A DNA stretch of 64,000 bases from a virus. The position numbers were made by a program, and so were the translations under genes. Under the pieces are notes generated by a model that saw only the letters and a program-made list of their open reading frames with translations, did not search any database and was not told the origin of the DNA. The stretch covers positions 1 to 64,000 of IMG/VR virus record IMGVR_UViG_3300044700_000345, one strand, 5' to 3'. Positions 39,998 to 47,848 of the stretch are shown here, piece by piece; the first letter of the stretch is position 1; each line of letters begins with the position of its first letter.

Positions 39998-40181
39998 CTA
40001 CGGTGAAGGATTGGCTGTGTCCCCGCGAGAGCGGGGGCATGTAGCCCTTACACACATTATTAATACGATTGATACGAATTCGTATCGCTCGGTGGGGTAA
40101 TACGTTATCGTATAGCCCCTAAATTAGGGGATTTTCCACGCATCAGTATTCTCCACAAGCAACTGTGGTCCACAGGATACA

Positions 40182-40206
40182 CGTCAAGCTGGACGTTAAA
40201 CGTAGC
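40182..40206 (+). promoter_or_regulatory. pseudoknot leader motif, divergent copy 1
   Basis: CGTC-AAGCTG-GACG-TTAAAC-G-TAGC. Confidence 0.5.
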
Positions 40207-40292
40207 AGACATAGGCTGATGGTCAGCCATGGATAACCTGCTTGGCAGCTGCAATTCAGCAGCGTAAGCCCAAGTGTTCCGAGGTAACTTCC

Positions 40293-40457
40293 ATGGCTAA
40301 GATCATCTACCCCGCCGCTTACTACGTCATCAAAGTTGATGGTGTAATCGTAAAGGTAACTGAGGATGACTCAGTTGCACTTGATTACATCGTTGACTAT
40401 CCAGGGCGTGTAACGGTGGATCCCGTAGAACAAGGTAAGTTCTACGGGGAAAGCTGA
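40293..40457 (+). CDS. hypothetical protein
   Basis: GAGG RBS; MAKIIYPAAYYVIKVDG... Confidence 0.65.
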   Translation: MAKIIYPAAYYVIKVDGVIVKVTEDDSVALDYIVDYPGRVTVDPVEQGKFYGES

Positions 40458-40549
40458 TCCGTTAAAGCGGGTTGGGAGGTGCAAACCCTCCCACAGCTAT
40501 TGCCTTCCAGGGAGATAGGCACCCTACACACAGGAGTAATCCCGTGATC

Positions 40550-40753
40550 ATGTCATCAAAGCAAGTTGGATATTTAGCTGTTGCTATCTATGTAACTGCA
40601 GTGACGGGAACTACAGCAGGGATCATGACGTTCGGTGTTGCAAAGTTAGATCAAGCAACGGCACTTCAGTGTCGTACGCATGACTGGCCTGTTAACGCAC
40701 ATATGGTTCATATGGACTGGTGTAAGGCCAATAATTACACCACCACCAAGTAA
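40550..40753 (+). CDS. small membrane protein
   Basis: AGGAG upstream; TM helix then QCRTHDWP...H..WC. Confidence 0.65.
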   Translation: MSSKQVGYLAVAIYVTAVTGTTAGIMTFGVAKLDQATALQCRTHDWPVNAHMVHMDWCKANNYTTTK

Positions 40754-40823
40754 CAAGCGTGATGCCGGGGGATCAAATCCCCCTACTTGGTATTGCCACA
40801 CACTGAGTGTGGCTAACAGAACA

Positions 40824-40976
40824 ATGCTACGCAAAGCACTTGCTGCTGCACTGATCGCTACTGCAACTGCAGTAACTAAAGATCAGACTAAAGAACGCAT
40901 TAGTGAAGTTGTTAAAGATGGCAGGCGTAAGCTTGCTATCTGGATACAGCCTAAGGACACACGTCCTATTGTCTAA
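40824..40976 (+). CDS. hypothetical protein
   Basis: MLRKALAAALIATATAV..., 50 aa. Confidence 0.55.
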   Translation: MLRKALAAALIATATAVTKDQTKERISEVVKDGRRKLAIWIQPKDTRPIV

Positions 40977-41031
40977 TGTTCCAGAGGGATGCGTCTCTGT
41001 GATAACGCATACATCCCATTGTATTCAACTC

Positions 41032-41232
41032 ATGTCAGCCATCAAGAACGCCTACGTTTGTGTTGTTAACGGTGAGCCAGAGCTATTTGAGACGCAGCAA
41101 CAAGCAGAGGATTGTGCCATGGAGCTTAGCTTTGCATGGTACGATGCAAACCTTGATGTACCTGCTCCAAGGCTGGCAGTTATGTCAGTGACTAATTGGT
41201 TGCAACTGCAATCACGATTAGCGCTTGTCTGA
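41032..41232 (+). CDS. hypothetical protein
   Basis: MSAIKNAYVCVVNGEPELFETQQQAEDC... Confidence 0.6.
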   Translation: MSAIKNAYVCVVNGEPELFETQQQAEDCAMELSFAWYDANLDVPAPRLAVMSVTNWLQLQSRLALV

Positions 41233-41321
41233 TGTTTGCACTGAGGGCTTCGGCCCTCTCTGCAGACTTCATTGTCTGCCGTGGTACATATGTACTACCT
41301 ACCAACTCTATTCAAATCAAC

Positions 41322-41579
41322 ATGGAAATCTCCTACGTTGAAGAGCTACTTACTCAGCGTGCTAGGCTGCTAGCTCGTCGAGACTCTACCAGTGCACACC
41401 CGTGCATTGACAGGGAGATCGAAGAGCTTAGGCAACAAGCACTAGAGCTATTCTTTAGGTTCCAGGATGGCATGGCTCAGTTCTCTGATCTAATGCCCAT
41501 CTGTATGGTACTAGAGAAACGAGTTAATACCAATCGCGCTTTCCTTAAATGGGAACGTGACTTTGGTATACAGGAATAA
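41322..41579 (+). CDS. hypothetical protein
   Basis: MEISYVEELLTQRARLL... Confidence 0.6.
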   Translation: MEISYVEELLTQRARLLARRDSTSAHPCIDREIEELRQQALELFFRFQDGMAQFSDLMPICMVLEKRVNTNRAFLKWERDFGIQE

Positions 41580-41582
41580 GTA

Positions 41583-41726
41583 ATGGAACACACATTATGG
41601 CGCGTGTGGTACCAAGATTCTGTCATAGAGCTTTATGCTTTTACAAAGACAGAAGCTTTGGTTAGAGGCGGAGAGCTACTCAATAGATTACCTGTTGAGT
41701 TAAGCGTAATACGCATCTACGACTAA
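41583..41726 (+). CDS. hypothetical protein (47 aa)
   Basis: MEHTLWRVWYQDSVIELYAFTKTEALVRGGEL... Confidence 0.5.
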   Translation: MEHTLWRVWYQDSVIELYAFTKTEALVRGGELLNRLPVELSVIRIYD

Positions 41727-41804
41727 TAGAAGTCTGCGCTGGGCCAGCGATGGCCCTCCGCAGAACTCACAAGGTTCTGCGCACACCCTACCAATGGAGG
41801 TTCA

Positions 41805-42110
41805 ATGCTTACCAAGGTTGTTTACAATACTTGTTATGGAGGATTCAGTATTTCACCTGAAGCCTTGACAAGGATGAAAGAGTTGGGATACACAGGTGAC
41901 GCTAGTATCTACAACAGATATGCATACTTATATGAGTGTGTTCGTCACAATCCAATCTTAGTGCAAGTTGTAGAAGAACTTGGCAAGAGGGCAAATAGCC
42001 CAGGTTCTGACCTATGTATTGCACAAGTGTTTGGTCCCTATTGTATTGAAGAATACGATGGGTCAGAAACAGTTATGGAACCAGATGATTACACTTGGAT
42101 CACACCATGA
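41805..42110 (+). CDS. conserved-looking phage hypothetical protein
   Basis: GGAGG RBS; KVVYNTCYGGFS.S...RH.PILVQVVEELG...IEEYDGSE. Confidence 0.8.
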   Translation: MLTKVVYNTCYGGFSISPEALTRMKELGYTGDASIYNRYAYLYECVRHNPILVQVVEELGKRANSPGSDLCIAQVFGPYCIEEYDGSETVMEPDDYTWITP

Positions 42111-42265
42111 AAATTCAAATGCATCCCATGGATTCATTCAAGTACTACAGCAGTAGAGTCTTGGCCTATGCCATTTTAGTTGGCATTGTAACTACGGCTT
42201 TTGCTACATTGTACAAATCAGATTCTTCTGCAATGTACAAATCAACTACCCACAAAGGTCACTAA
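42107..42265 (+). CDS. small membrane protein
   Basis: 52 aa, one TM helix, coupled on both sides. Confidence 0.5.
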   Translation: MKIQMHPMDSFKYYSSRVLAYAILVGIVTTAFATLYKSDSSAMYKSTTHKGH

Positions 42266-42501
42266 TGCAAAGTTATGTTGCACTTGTTGCCGATATGACA
42301 GGGCGTTATGCCCATGTCTACGGCACTGCTATAGACTGGCCTAGCTTCGCTGAACAACTCGAAGAGGTGGGATGTGAAGTAATTGAAAACCAGACAGAAG
42401 ACTATGAGCCTCTCGACGAGCTAACACTTGACGAGTTGCACGAGTACGATGTTGTTACCGTACAAGAACTGATTACTCACACTGACGCAGTACTAGCATG
42501 A
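42265..42501 (+). CDS. acidic hypothetical protein
   Basis: 78 aa, coupled. Confidence 0.65.
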   Translation: MQSYVALVADMTGRYAHVYGTAIDWPSFAEQLEEVGCEVIENQTEDYEPLDELTLDELHEYDVVTVQELITHTDAVLA

Positions 42502-42875
42502 CCACTCAATCCAACATTGATCTCAACACCTGTGTACGAGGGCAGAAGGTTAAGCTTCGTGATGGAAAAATTGTTACATACGAAGGAGTCATAGATGAAA
42601 ACGAAATATACACACACGCAGTAAATGGCTACAGCTATACAAGGCGCGGTACTTTTTGGATGGAAGATGATCGTATTAGTCCCAAGGATGTTGTAGAAAT
42701 TCTTCCAATGGAAGAAGAACCTGCTAAGCCAACACCAGAGCTAACACATTCAATCACTGATCAGATTGATGTGGTAAACCCAGATCATGTATCGATCATT
42801 CCTCATGAGCATGGGGTAACCATATGTATTAAGAAGGGACTGACAACTATTAGCTGGAGGCATTACAACCATTAA
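42498..42875 (+). CDS. hypothetical protein, N-terminal domain paralogous to 45412..45915
   Basis: IDLNTCVRGQKVKLRDG...DVVEILP. Confidence 0.7.
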   Translation: MTTQSNIDLNTCVRGQKVKLRDGKIVTYEGVIDENEIYTHAVNGYSYTRRGTFWMEDDRISPKDVVEILPMEEEPAKPTPELTHSITDQIDVVNPDHVSIIPHEHGVTICIKKGLTTISWRHYNH

Positions 42876-42988
42876 GTATTGGTTAGCTTACTGATCTAGC
42901 CAATACCTGCCATGTATTGGATGATATGCCAATACATGGCAACCCCCCATGCCCCCATTGTTACAGCCACTACCAAGGTGGAAGGCTG

Positions 42989-43261
42989 TTATGTAGTCAT
43001 TGCATCCATACGTGCGTTGTCTAGTTGAATCATTTGCATTGCATGTTCCAAGGGTTTGGGTTGTAGTGATCGTATGTCTTGTACAGCACTAGCCCAAAAC
43101 AATCCAAAGCCTGGTCCACCATCAACCAAATGATCTCCCATTTGATATTTATTGATAACCTTTTTGTCTAATATGTTTTCACCATGGGGATGACCTTCGC
43201 TTGGATATGCAATCATTCGTTCATTGTTTAACTTTGTAAAATACTTGCCCGCTAAATCCAT
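42989..43261 (-). CDS. hypothetical protein (MDLAGKY start)
   Basis: 90 aa, antisense within the early arm. Confidence 0.6.
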   Translation of the reverse strand: MDLAGKYFTKLNNERMIAYPSEGHPHGENILDKKVINKYQMGDHLVDGGPGFGLFWASAVQDIRSLQPKPLEHAMQMIQLDNARMDAMTT

Positions 43262-43315
43262 TGTTAATTCCTTGTGTAACTCTATGTTATTACAAGTTAT
43301 TAACTGAGTGAAGCC

Positions 43316-43344
43316 CGTCCAGAACCATGACGTTAAACTGGATC
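43316..43344 (+). promoter_or_regulatory. pseudoknot leader motif copy 2
   Basis: CGTC-CAGAACCA-T-GACG-TTAAAC-TGGATC. Confidence 0.75.
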
Positions 43345-43367
43345 ATTCCACTTATTCATTCAATCAA

Positions 43368-44264
43368 ATGAACTCAAAACAACTTAGAAAAATTGAAGAA
43401 ACGTTGCCGTATAACTGCAATACTCCAAAGAACTATGTTAAATGGGCAGTGCTTGTGACACGTATTAAGAAAGGCATTAAATATGGTTCAATAATATTAG
43501 ACCGAATTAGAAGGAACATAATAAAGCGAAAAGATGTAGACAAGTTTACTGACAAAGAGTATAGCGCAATTGCTGTAGCCCTACCTATTCTTTTTAAAGT
43601 GCCTCCTATTTGTGTACACGAAAACATATTGGATTCATTGTTGCAAACAGCAGTAAAGGAAATGGATATACCAAAACGTTCACTGCCTGGATACATTTTT
43701 CTTTTGCCGTTAAATGCAAATAAGTTTTTTGAAAATTTCAAATTTAAAAATAACATCCAACTAAATATTAATTCAATTTTTGTAGATGTTTCAAACACTA
43801 AAAATTGCGATTGGTTTCATGTTACACTTTTAACTAAAGATAAAGTTCATTATCGTTATTATTTATGGAGCAAAGCTGGTGATTACAGTCACTTTTTAAA
43901 TCCCTGCATTGAAACTGAAGTATTACTTGAACGTTTGATTAAGAATTTAATTCTTATTTATACGTATGAAACCAAGCAGATAACAGAAGAACAAGTTAAG
44001 GTGACAACACCAGGCAAAGGATTTACCAAGGACAAAGAAGGTGTTAATAAAGATATGGCATCACCTATTCGTTGGTTAGGCAAAACGTTTGTCCGCCAAC
44101 AAACCAAATACTTGTACGCTGCAAACAAATCCAAAGACAATAGTAGAACTGTTGCTTCTCATTGGAGACGCGGACATTGGCATACAGTATGTTGTGGTCC
44201 CAAACGCAAACAACGTAAACAACAATGGTTTAAACCTGTATTAATTAATACCAATACAAATTAA
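43368..44264 (+). CDS. AT-rich hypothetical protein with C-terminal HWRRGHW motif
   Basis: ATG 43368 preferred over GTG 43308, which would span the RNA motif; SHWRRGHWH...W.KP ending. Confidence 0.75.
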   Translation: MNSKQLRKIEETLPYNCNTPKNYVKWAVLVTRIKKGIKYGSIILDRIRRNIIKRKDVDKFTDKEYSAIAVALPILFKVPPICVHENILDSLLQTAVKEMDIPKRSLPGYIFLLPLNANKFFENFKFKNNIQLNINSIFVDVSNTKNCDWFHVTLLTKDKVHYRYYLWSKAGDYSHFLNPCIETEVLLERLIKNLILIYTYETKQITEEQVKVTTPGKGFTKDKEGVNKDMASPIRWLGKTFVRQQTKYLYAANKSKDNSRTVASHWRRGHWHTVCCGPKRKQRKQQWFKPVLINTNTN

Positions 44265-44269
44265 CTACA

Positions 44270-44298
44270 CGTCCAGAACCATGACGTTAAACTGGATC
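44270..44298 (+). promoter_or_regulatory. pseudoknot leader motif copy 3 (identical to copy 2)
   Basis: CGTCCAGAACCATGACGTTAAACTGGATC. Confidence 0.75.
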
Positions 44299-44325
44299 AA
44301 CCCATCCACACTCGGAGGTAACTCA

Positions 44326-44517
44326 GTGCAACAACCAGTGTCAACATTTGATCAACCACATGCTGATCATTGGGAAGAACTAGCCGACATGGCGTACTAC
44401 CAACGTATGGCCATGCAAGAAGAACTAGATGAAGATGACATTCCACTTGGCTGGCTGACAACCAAGCCATCAGGATGTCAGCAAACCAACACATCATTAC
44501 AGGAGGATTGCACTTGA
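44326..44517 (+). CDS. acidic hypothetical protein
   Basis: GGAGG RBS before GTG 44326. Confidence 0.55.
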   Translation: MQQPVSTFDQPHADHWEELADMAYYQRMAMQEELDEDDIPLGWLTTKPSGCQQTNTSLQEDCT

Positions 44518-44623
44518 CCACCAAGGTCCGATCATCTGAGGCACCCGACACTCTTATTGTGTGTATCGGTGTCATCTATTGCCTCAGCATTCTATTCATC
44601 CAACTCATTACGGAGATCGCATC

Positions 44624-44983
44624 ATGGCTCTTACAACGGAACAGCAACTCATTGGCCAAGCCCTTGGCTACGAACCACTCACCGAAGAAGAAGCAACCGG
44701 ACAATACCCTGCCGATGCCGACTTCCAAGACGCGCCGAAGGGCAGCATCCCCAGCACAGGTAACGTCTATCGTACCAAGCGAGGAGTCCTGCGTTGTTTC
44801 TGGATACCAACAGGACGTAACTACACCACTGTCGAGTCCGAAGAACTCACCGGATGGTACGATGTCCCAGACCTTGAAGACATCGAAGAGTGGACCTTCG
44901 ACTCGTGCTGCCCGACCCCGGCGGGTGACGAAGTCGAACATGACCACCCCGATAGCTGGCTGAGAATCCTCAGCTTAGTTTGA
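44624..44983 (+). CDS. hypothetical protein
   Basis: GGAG RBS; MALTTEQQLIG...DSCCPTPAGDEVEHDHPDSWL. Confidence 0.7.
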   Translation: MALTTEQQLIGQALGYEPLTEEEATGQYPADADFQDAPKGSIPSTGNVYRTKRGVLRCFWIPTGRNYTTVESEELTGWYDVPDLEDIEEWTFDSCCPTPAGDEVEHDHPDSWLRILSLV

Positions 44984-45111
44984 TTAACAAACCATTTACC
45001 TTTGAAATTTTAATACCAATATGGTATGCTTTCTAGCGTGCTTCCGAAAAGAACCACGTTCTTCTCTCTGGTCAATTCTGAAATCCATCCTGTCCCATCG
45101 CATTTGACATC

Positions 45112-45372
45112 ATGAGCAACGCACTGTCTGATTTAAGTCCCGCCCAGAAAAAAGTTTTTGATGAATGGTCAGATGCTCACAAAGCTCATATTGAAACTTA
45201 TTGTTTATGGTTTGAACTAGGGCAAGCTCTTGTTGTAGCAAATAAAACTCTTGGCATAGCTCGTTTGCATTGTGAGGAGAAGAATATTCCCGATGAATGC
45301 TATGTGGCTGTACATCAAATGGCAGTTGACATCCTGTCTGATTTAACTCCTGCCCAGCAAGAAGAATCCTGA
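45112..45372 (+). CDS. hypothetical protein with terminal repeat
   Basis: 86 aa; LSDLSPAQ at the start and LSDLTPAQ at the end. Confidence 0.65.
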   Translation: MSNALSDLSPAQKKVFDEWSDAHKAHIETYCLWFELGQALVVANKTLGIARLHCEEKNIPDECYVAVHQMAVDILSDLTPAQQEES

Positions 45373-45411
45373 TCCTCGTTTTAATTATTATTCACCACCG
45401 CATTAACAATC

Positions 45412-45915
45412 ATGACTGTTGACTTGAGCACTTGTGTACCAGGGCAAAAGATGTATCTTCGCAATGGAGATATTGCTACATATATTGGAACAGCGCCATA
45501 CTCATGTCAAATTGATGATCGTACTTACACGGTAAAAGGAGAATATTGTTTATCTGGACAAGGGCCATTTGATGTTGTAGAAATTCTCCCGCTAGAAACA
45601 ATTGAACCAACTACATCTGACAAACATCCAAGCGTTGCATGGTGGGAGTCATGCCCATGGATTACAGACAGGAAACCCACTCCTTTGGATGGCGATGTGT
45701 ATGGAAGAGTATACATAAAATCTAGCAAAAACAAAGTGCTTACATCTAATTGGAGTGAGGTTGGCGCTCATGAGAATTGGATTCATCTTTGCGGTTGGCA
45801 ACCTCCTGTACTTACTGACAAAGAGAAAGCATTGGAATTGTTAAACAAACATGAAGGTGTTTGGACACCCACACTACGTGAATGGAATGTTATCCGTAAA
45901 GGATTAACAGAGTAA
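45412..45915 (+). CDS. hypothetical protein, N-terminal domain paralogous to 42498..42875
   Basis: VDLSTCVPGQKMYLRNG...DVVEILP plus a Trp-rich C-terminal part. Confidence 0.7.
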   Translation: MTVDLSTCVPGQKMYLRNGDIATYIGTAPYSCQIDDRTYTVKGEYCLSGQGPFDVVEILPLETIEPTTSDKHPSVAWWESCPWITDRKPTPLDGDVYGRVYIKSSKNKVLTSNWSEVGAHENWIHLCGWQPPVLTDKEKALELLNKHEGVWTPTLREWNVIRKGLTE

Positions 45916-46089
45916 CTAAATGATTAACTTCATGTGTGCAAGCATTGCTTGCTTAAGTCAATACCTTGGGACTGGTTTAATTATGTACCAAGGGCAGAAT
46001 CAAATTTTGTATCAACGTGCACACCAATTGTACTATTGTGAACGGCAAGATTATGTTTATCGTTGCGACACTGATGCTGCCAAAATACG

Positions 46090-46554
46090 TTACCAATAAC
46101 GAGCCTGTGGTAAACGCATAGCATTGATCTCAGCTTGTGCAGCAGCATCACGAGGGTCAACCATTTGAGGTTGGCTTAAAAACTGTTGCATGTTTACTGG
46201 CTGAATAGACTGTGGACTGTTAAGTTTTGTATCAAACTTTAGGTTGACTTGTGGTTCAGTACTCCCACCAGGAGTAGTGTAGATACCGCCTGACAAATCA
46301 AACATGCCTTTACCTATAGATGCATTTTGATTTGCAGCATCAATGCCAAATCTAAATCCATTGTTAGCATTGCCAACAATGGAACCACGAGGATCTATTG
46401 TTACAGTCCCAGTGGGATCTTCAAAATTAAATGGTTGACTAACTGCCATGTTAACTAAAGGATTGTTGATTCGTTTATTAAATTCAGTAGATGCAACACC
46501 AATTCCTTGGTTGACACTATTAAGTAAATTTTGAAATGCTTCTGGACCTGGCAT
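46090..46554 (-). CDS. hypothetical protein
   Basis: 154 aa, preceded by the 39-bp repeat containing TGATAGACT. Confidence 0.65.
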   Translation of the reverse strand: MPGPEAFQNLLNSVNQGIGVASTEFNKRINNPLVNMAVSQPFNFEDPTGTVTIDPRGSIVGNANNGFRFGIDAANQNASIGKGMFDLSGGIYTTPGGSTEPQVNLKFDTKLNSPQSIQPVNMQQFLSQPQMVDPRDAAAQAEINAMRLPQARYW

Positions 46555-46572
46555 ACATCTAATGTTTTAAGT

Positions 46573-46611
46573 AGTCTATCACCGGGTTTTGTCAGATAAC
46601 TACTGACCAAC
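46573..46611 (-). repeat. 39-bp direct repeat copy 1 (putative extended -10 promoter)
   Basis: AGTCTATCACCGGGTT(T/C)TGTCAGATAACTACTGACCAAC; one mismatch to copy 2. Confidence 0.85.
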
Positions 46612-46613
46612 TC

Positions 46614-46907
46614 TTACCAATCTGTATTGTTTATTGGCGGCAAACGATTTAATACTTCAGCTGGAAGAGATGGAATTGGTCTTGCTGACGGATAATGTTG
46701 AGAATTAAACAAGTTTAATTTATTAATTGTGTCTTGATCGTACGCAAGATCAATCATTGCTTGGTTTTGTTGTGCTTCAGTAGATCTTGGATTGCTTAAA
46801 ATCTTTAATGATTGATCTATTCCTTCTTGCATTGTTAATACAGGAATGCTTGGTGATTGATTTAGTCCTTCTTGTATTTTACGATTGTATTTGCCGGCCA
46901 GTTCCAT
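46614..46907 (-). CDS. hypothetical protein (MELAGKY start)
   Basis: 97 aa, flanked by the 39-bp repeats. Confidence 0.65.
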   Translation of the reverse strand: MELAGKYNRKIQEGLNQSPSIPVLTMQEGIDQSLKILSNPRSTEAQQNQAMIDLAYDQDTINKLNLFNSQHYPSARPIPSLPAEVLNRLPPINNTDW

Positions 46908-46930
46908 GCTAAAGTCTTAAGGCTTTAATC

Positions 46931-46969
46931 AGTCTATCACCGGGTTCTGTCAGATAACTACTGACCAAC
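46931..46969 (-). repeat. 39-bp direct repeat copy 2
   Basis: See copy 1. Confidence 0.85.
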
Positions 46970-47040
46970 CCCCCACACCCCCGTAAAGATCTACCAGGGA
47001 AACCTTTAATCTTTATAGGACTATCCCATTGAATTGACAC

Positions 47041-47367
47041 ATGATTACTTCAAGACTATTCCTTCTCACACTAACTGTTCTAAGCTGTGTACCAGCACAA
47101 GCAAGACCAGTGGTTGCTACTGTTTATCACCAATATTATGACGGTAGACCAGCATATTGCGGTGGAATTTACAGTGATAACAAGGTGAGTGCTGCACATC
47201 CTTGGTTGCCATGCGGCACACGAGTTACTGTGCAACACAAAGGTAGGTCATTGGTTGTTCCAATCACAGATCGATGTGAGTGTGACAGCATTGACCTAAG
47301 CTATCGAGCTGCCAAGATACTGGGTGTTCCAGTGGATGGCATTGCTCGTGTACACATTCATTACTAA
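47041..47367 (+). CDS. RlpA-like double-psi beta-barrel protein with signal peptide
   Basis: ATVY...SAAHPWLPCGTRVTV...VPITDR...IDLSY.AA..LG. Confidence 0.85.
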   Translation: MITSRLFLLTLTVLSCVPAQARPVVATVYHQYYDGRPAYCGGIYSDNKVSAAHPWLPCGTRVTVQHKGRSLVVPITDRCECDSIDLSYRAAKILGVPVDGIARVHIHY

Positions 47368-47374
47368 ACACATC

Positions 47375-47668
47375 ATGCATCAACTCTATTTTGTTCCACG
47401 TGTACTCATCAATCGTGATGGTACCAAGCGAGTGATCCAAGCTGACACCGAGGTTAAGCTTCAGTTGATAACAAATACTCTAAAGGATATGTTCCTAGAA
47501 CCTGGTTTAAATGTTGTACAGCGAGATTATTTAGATGCCGCAATAGAAGCGTTAGATGTTGCATTATCATGCTTTGGTGATCCAGGTGATAGCTTTGGCG
47601 AACCACCTGTCACCTTAGATGAGATGCATACTGCTGCATGGCAGCAACATCAGGAGATGCACAGCTAG
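47375..47668 (+). CDS. hypothetical protein
   Basis: MHQLYFVPR...GEPPVTLDEMHTAAWQQHQEMHS. Confidence 0.65.
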   Translation: MHQLYFVPRVLINRDGTKRVIQADTEVKLQLITNTLKDMFLEPGLNVVQRDYLDAAIEALDVALSCFGDPGDSFGEPPVTLDEMHTAAWQQHQEMHS

Positions 47669-47677
47669 TATATGCAC

Positions 47678-47822
47678 GGAGCGAAGAACAACTTCGATAG
47701 CTCCATACTTCAGGGCACTGTAGTTTTTGAAGTTTCCTACAGTGGGTAACAGATCAGCCCTGCCGGTCGCTCCGGTGGGGCTGCTCCCTGCTGCTGTGCT
47801 ACCATTGACAGTGTCGATAGCT
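47678..47822 (+). ncRNA. candidate structured RNA (multi-stem)
   Basis: Four hairpins plus a CAGGG/CCCTG closing stem; G-U pairs favour the plus strand. Confidence 0.5.
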
Positions 47823-47848
47823 TCAACACACACATTACAATTCAACAC

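Noticed and set aside
47678-47822. Hammerhead or other known ribozyme call
   Set aside because: The CUGANGA/GAAA core was not found on either strand; left as an unnamed structured RNA.
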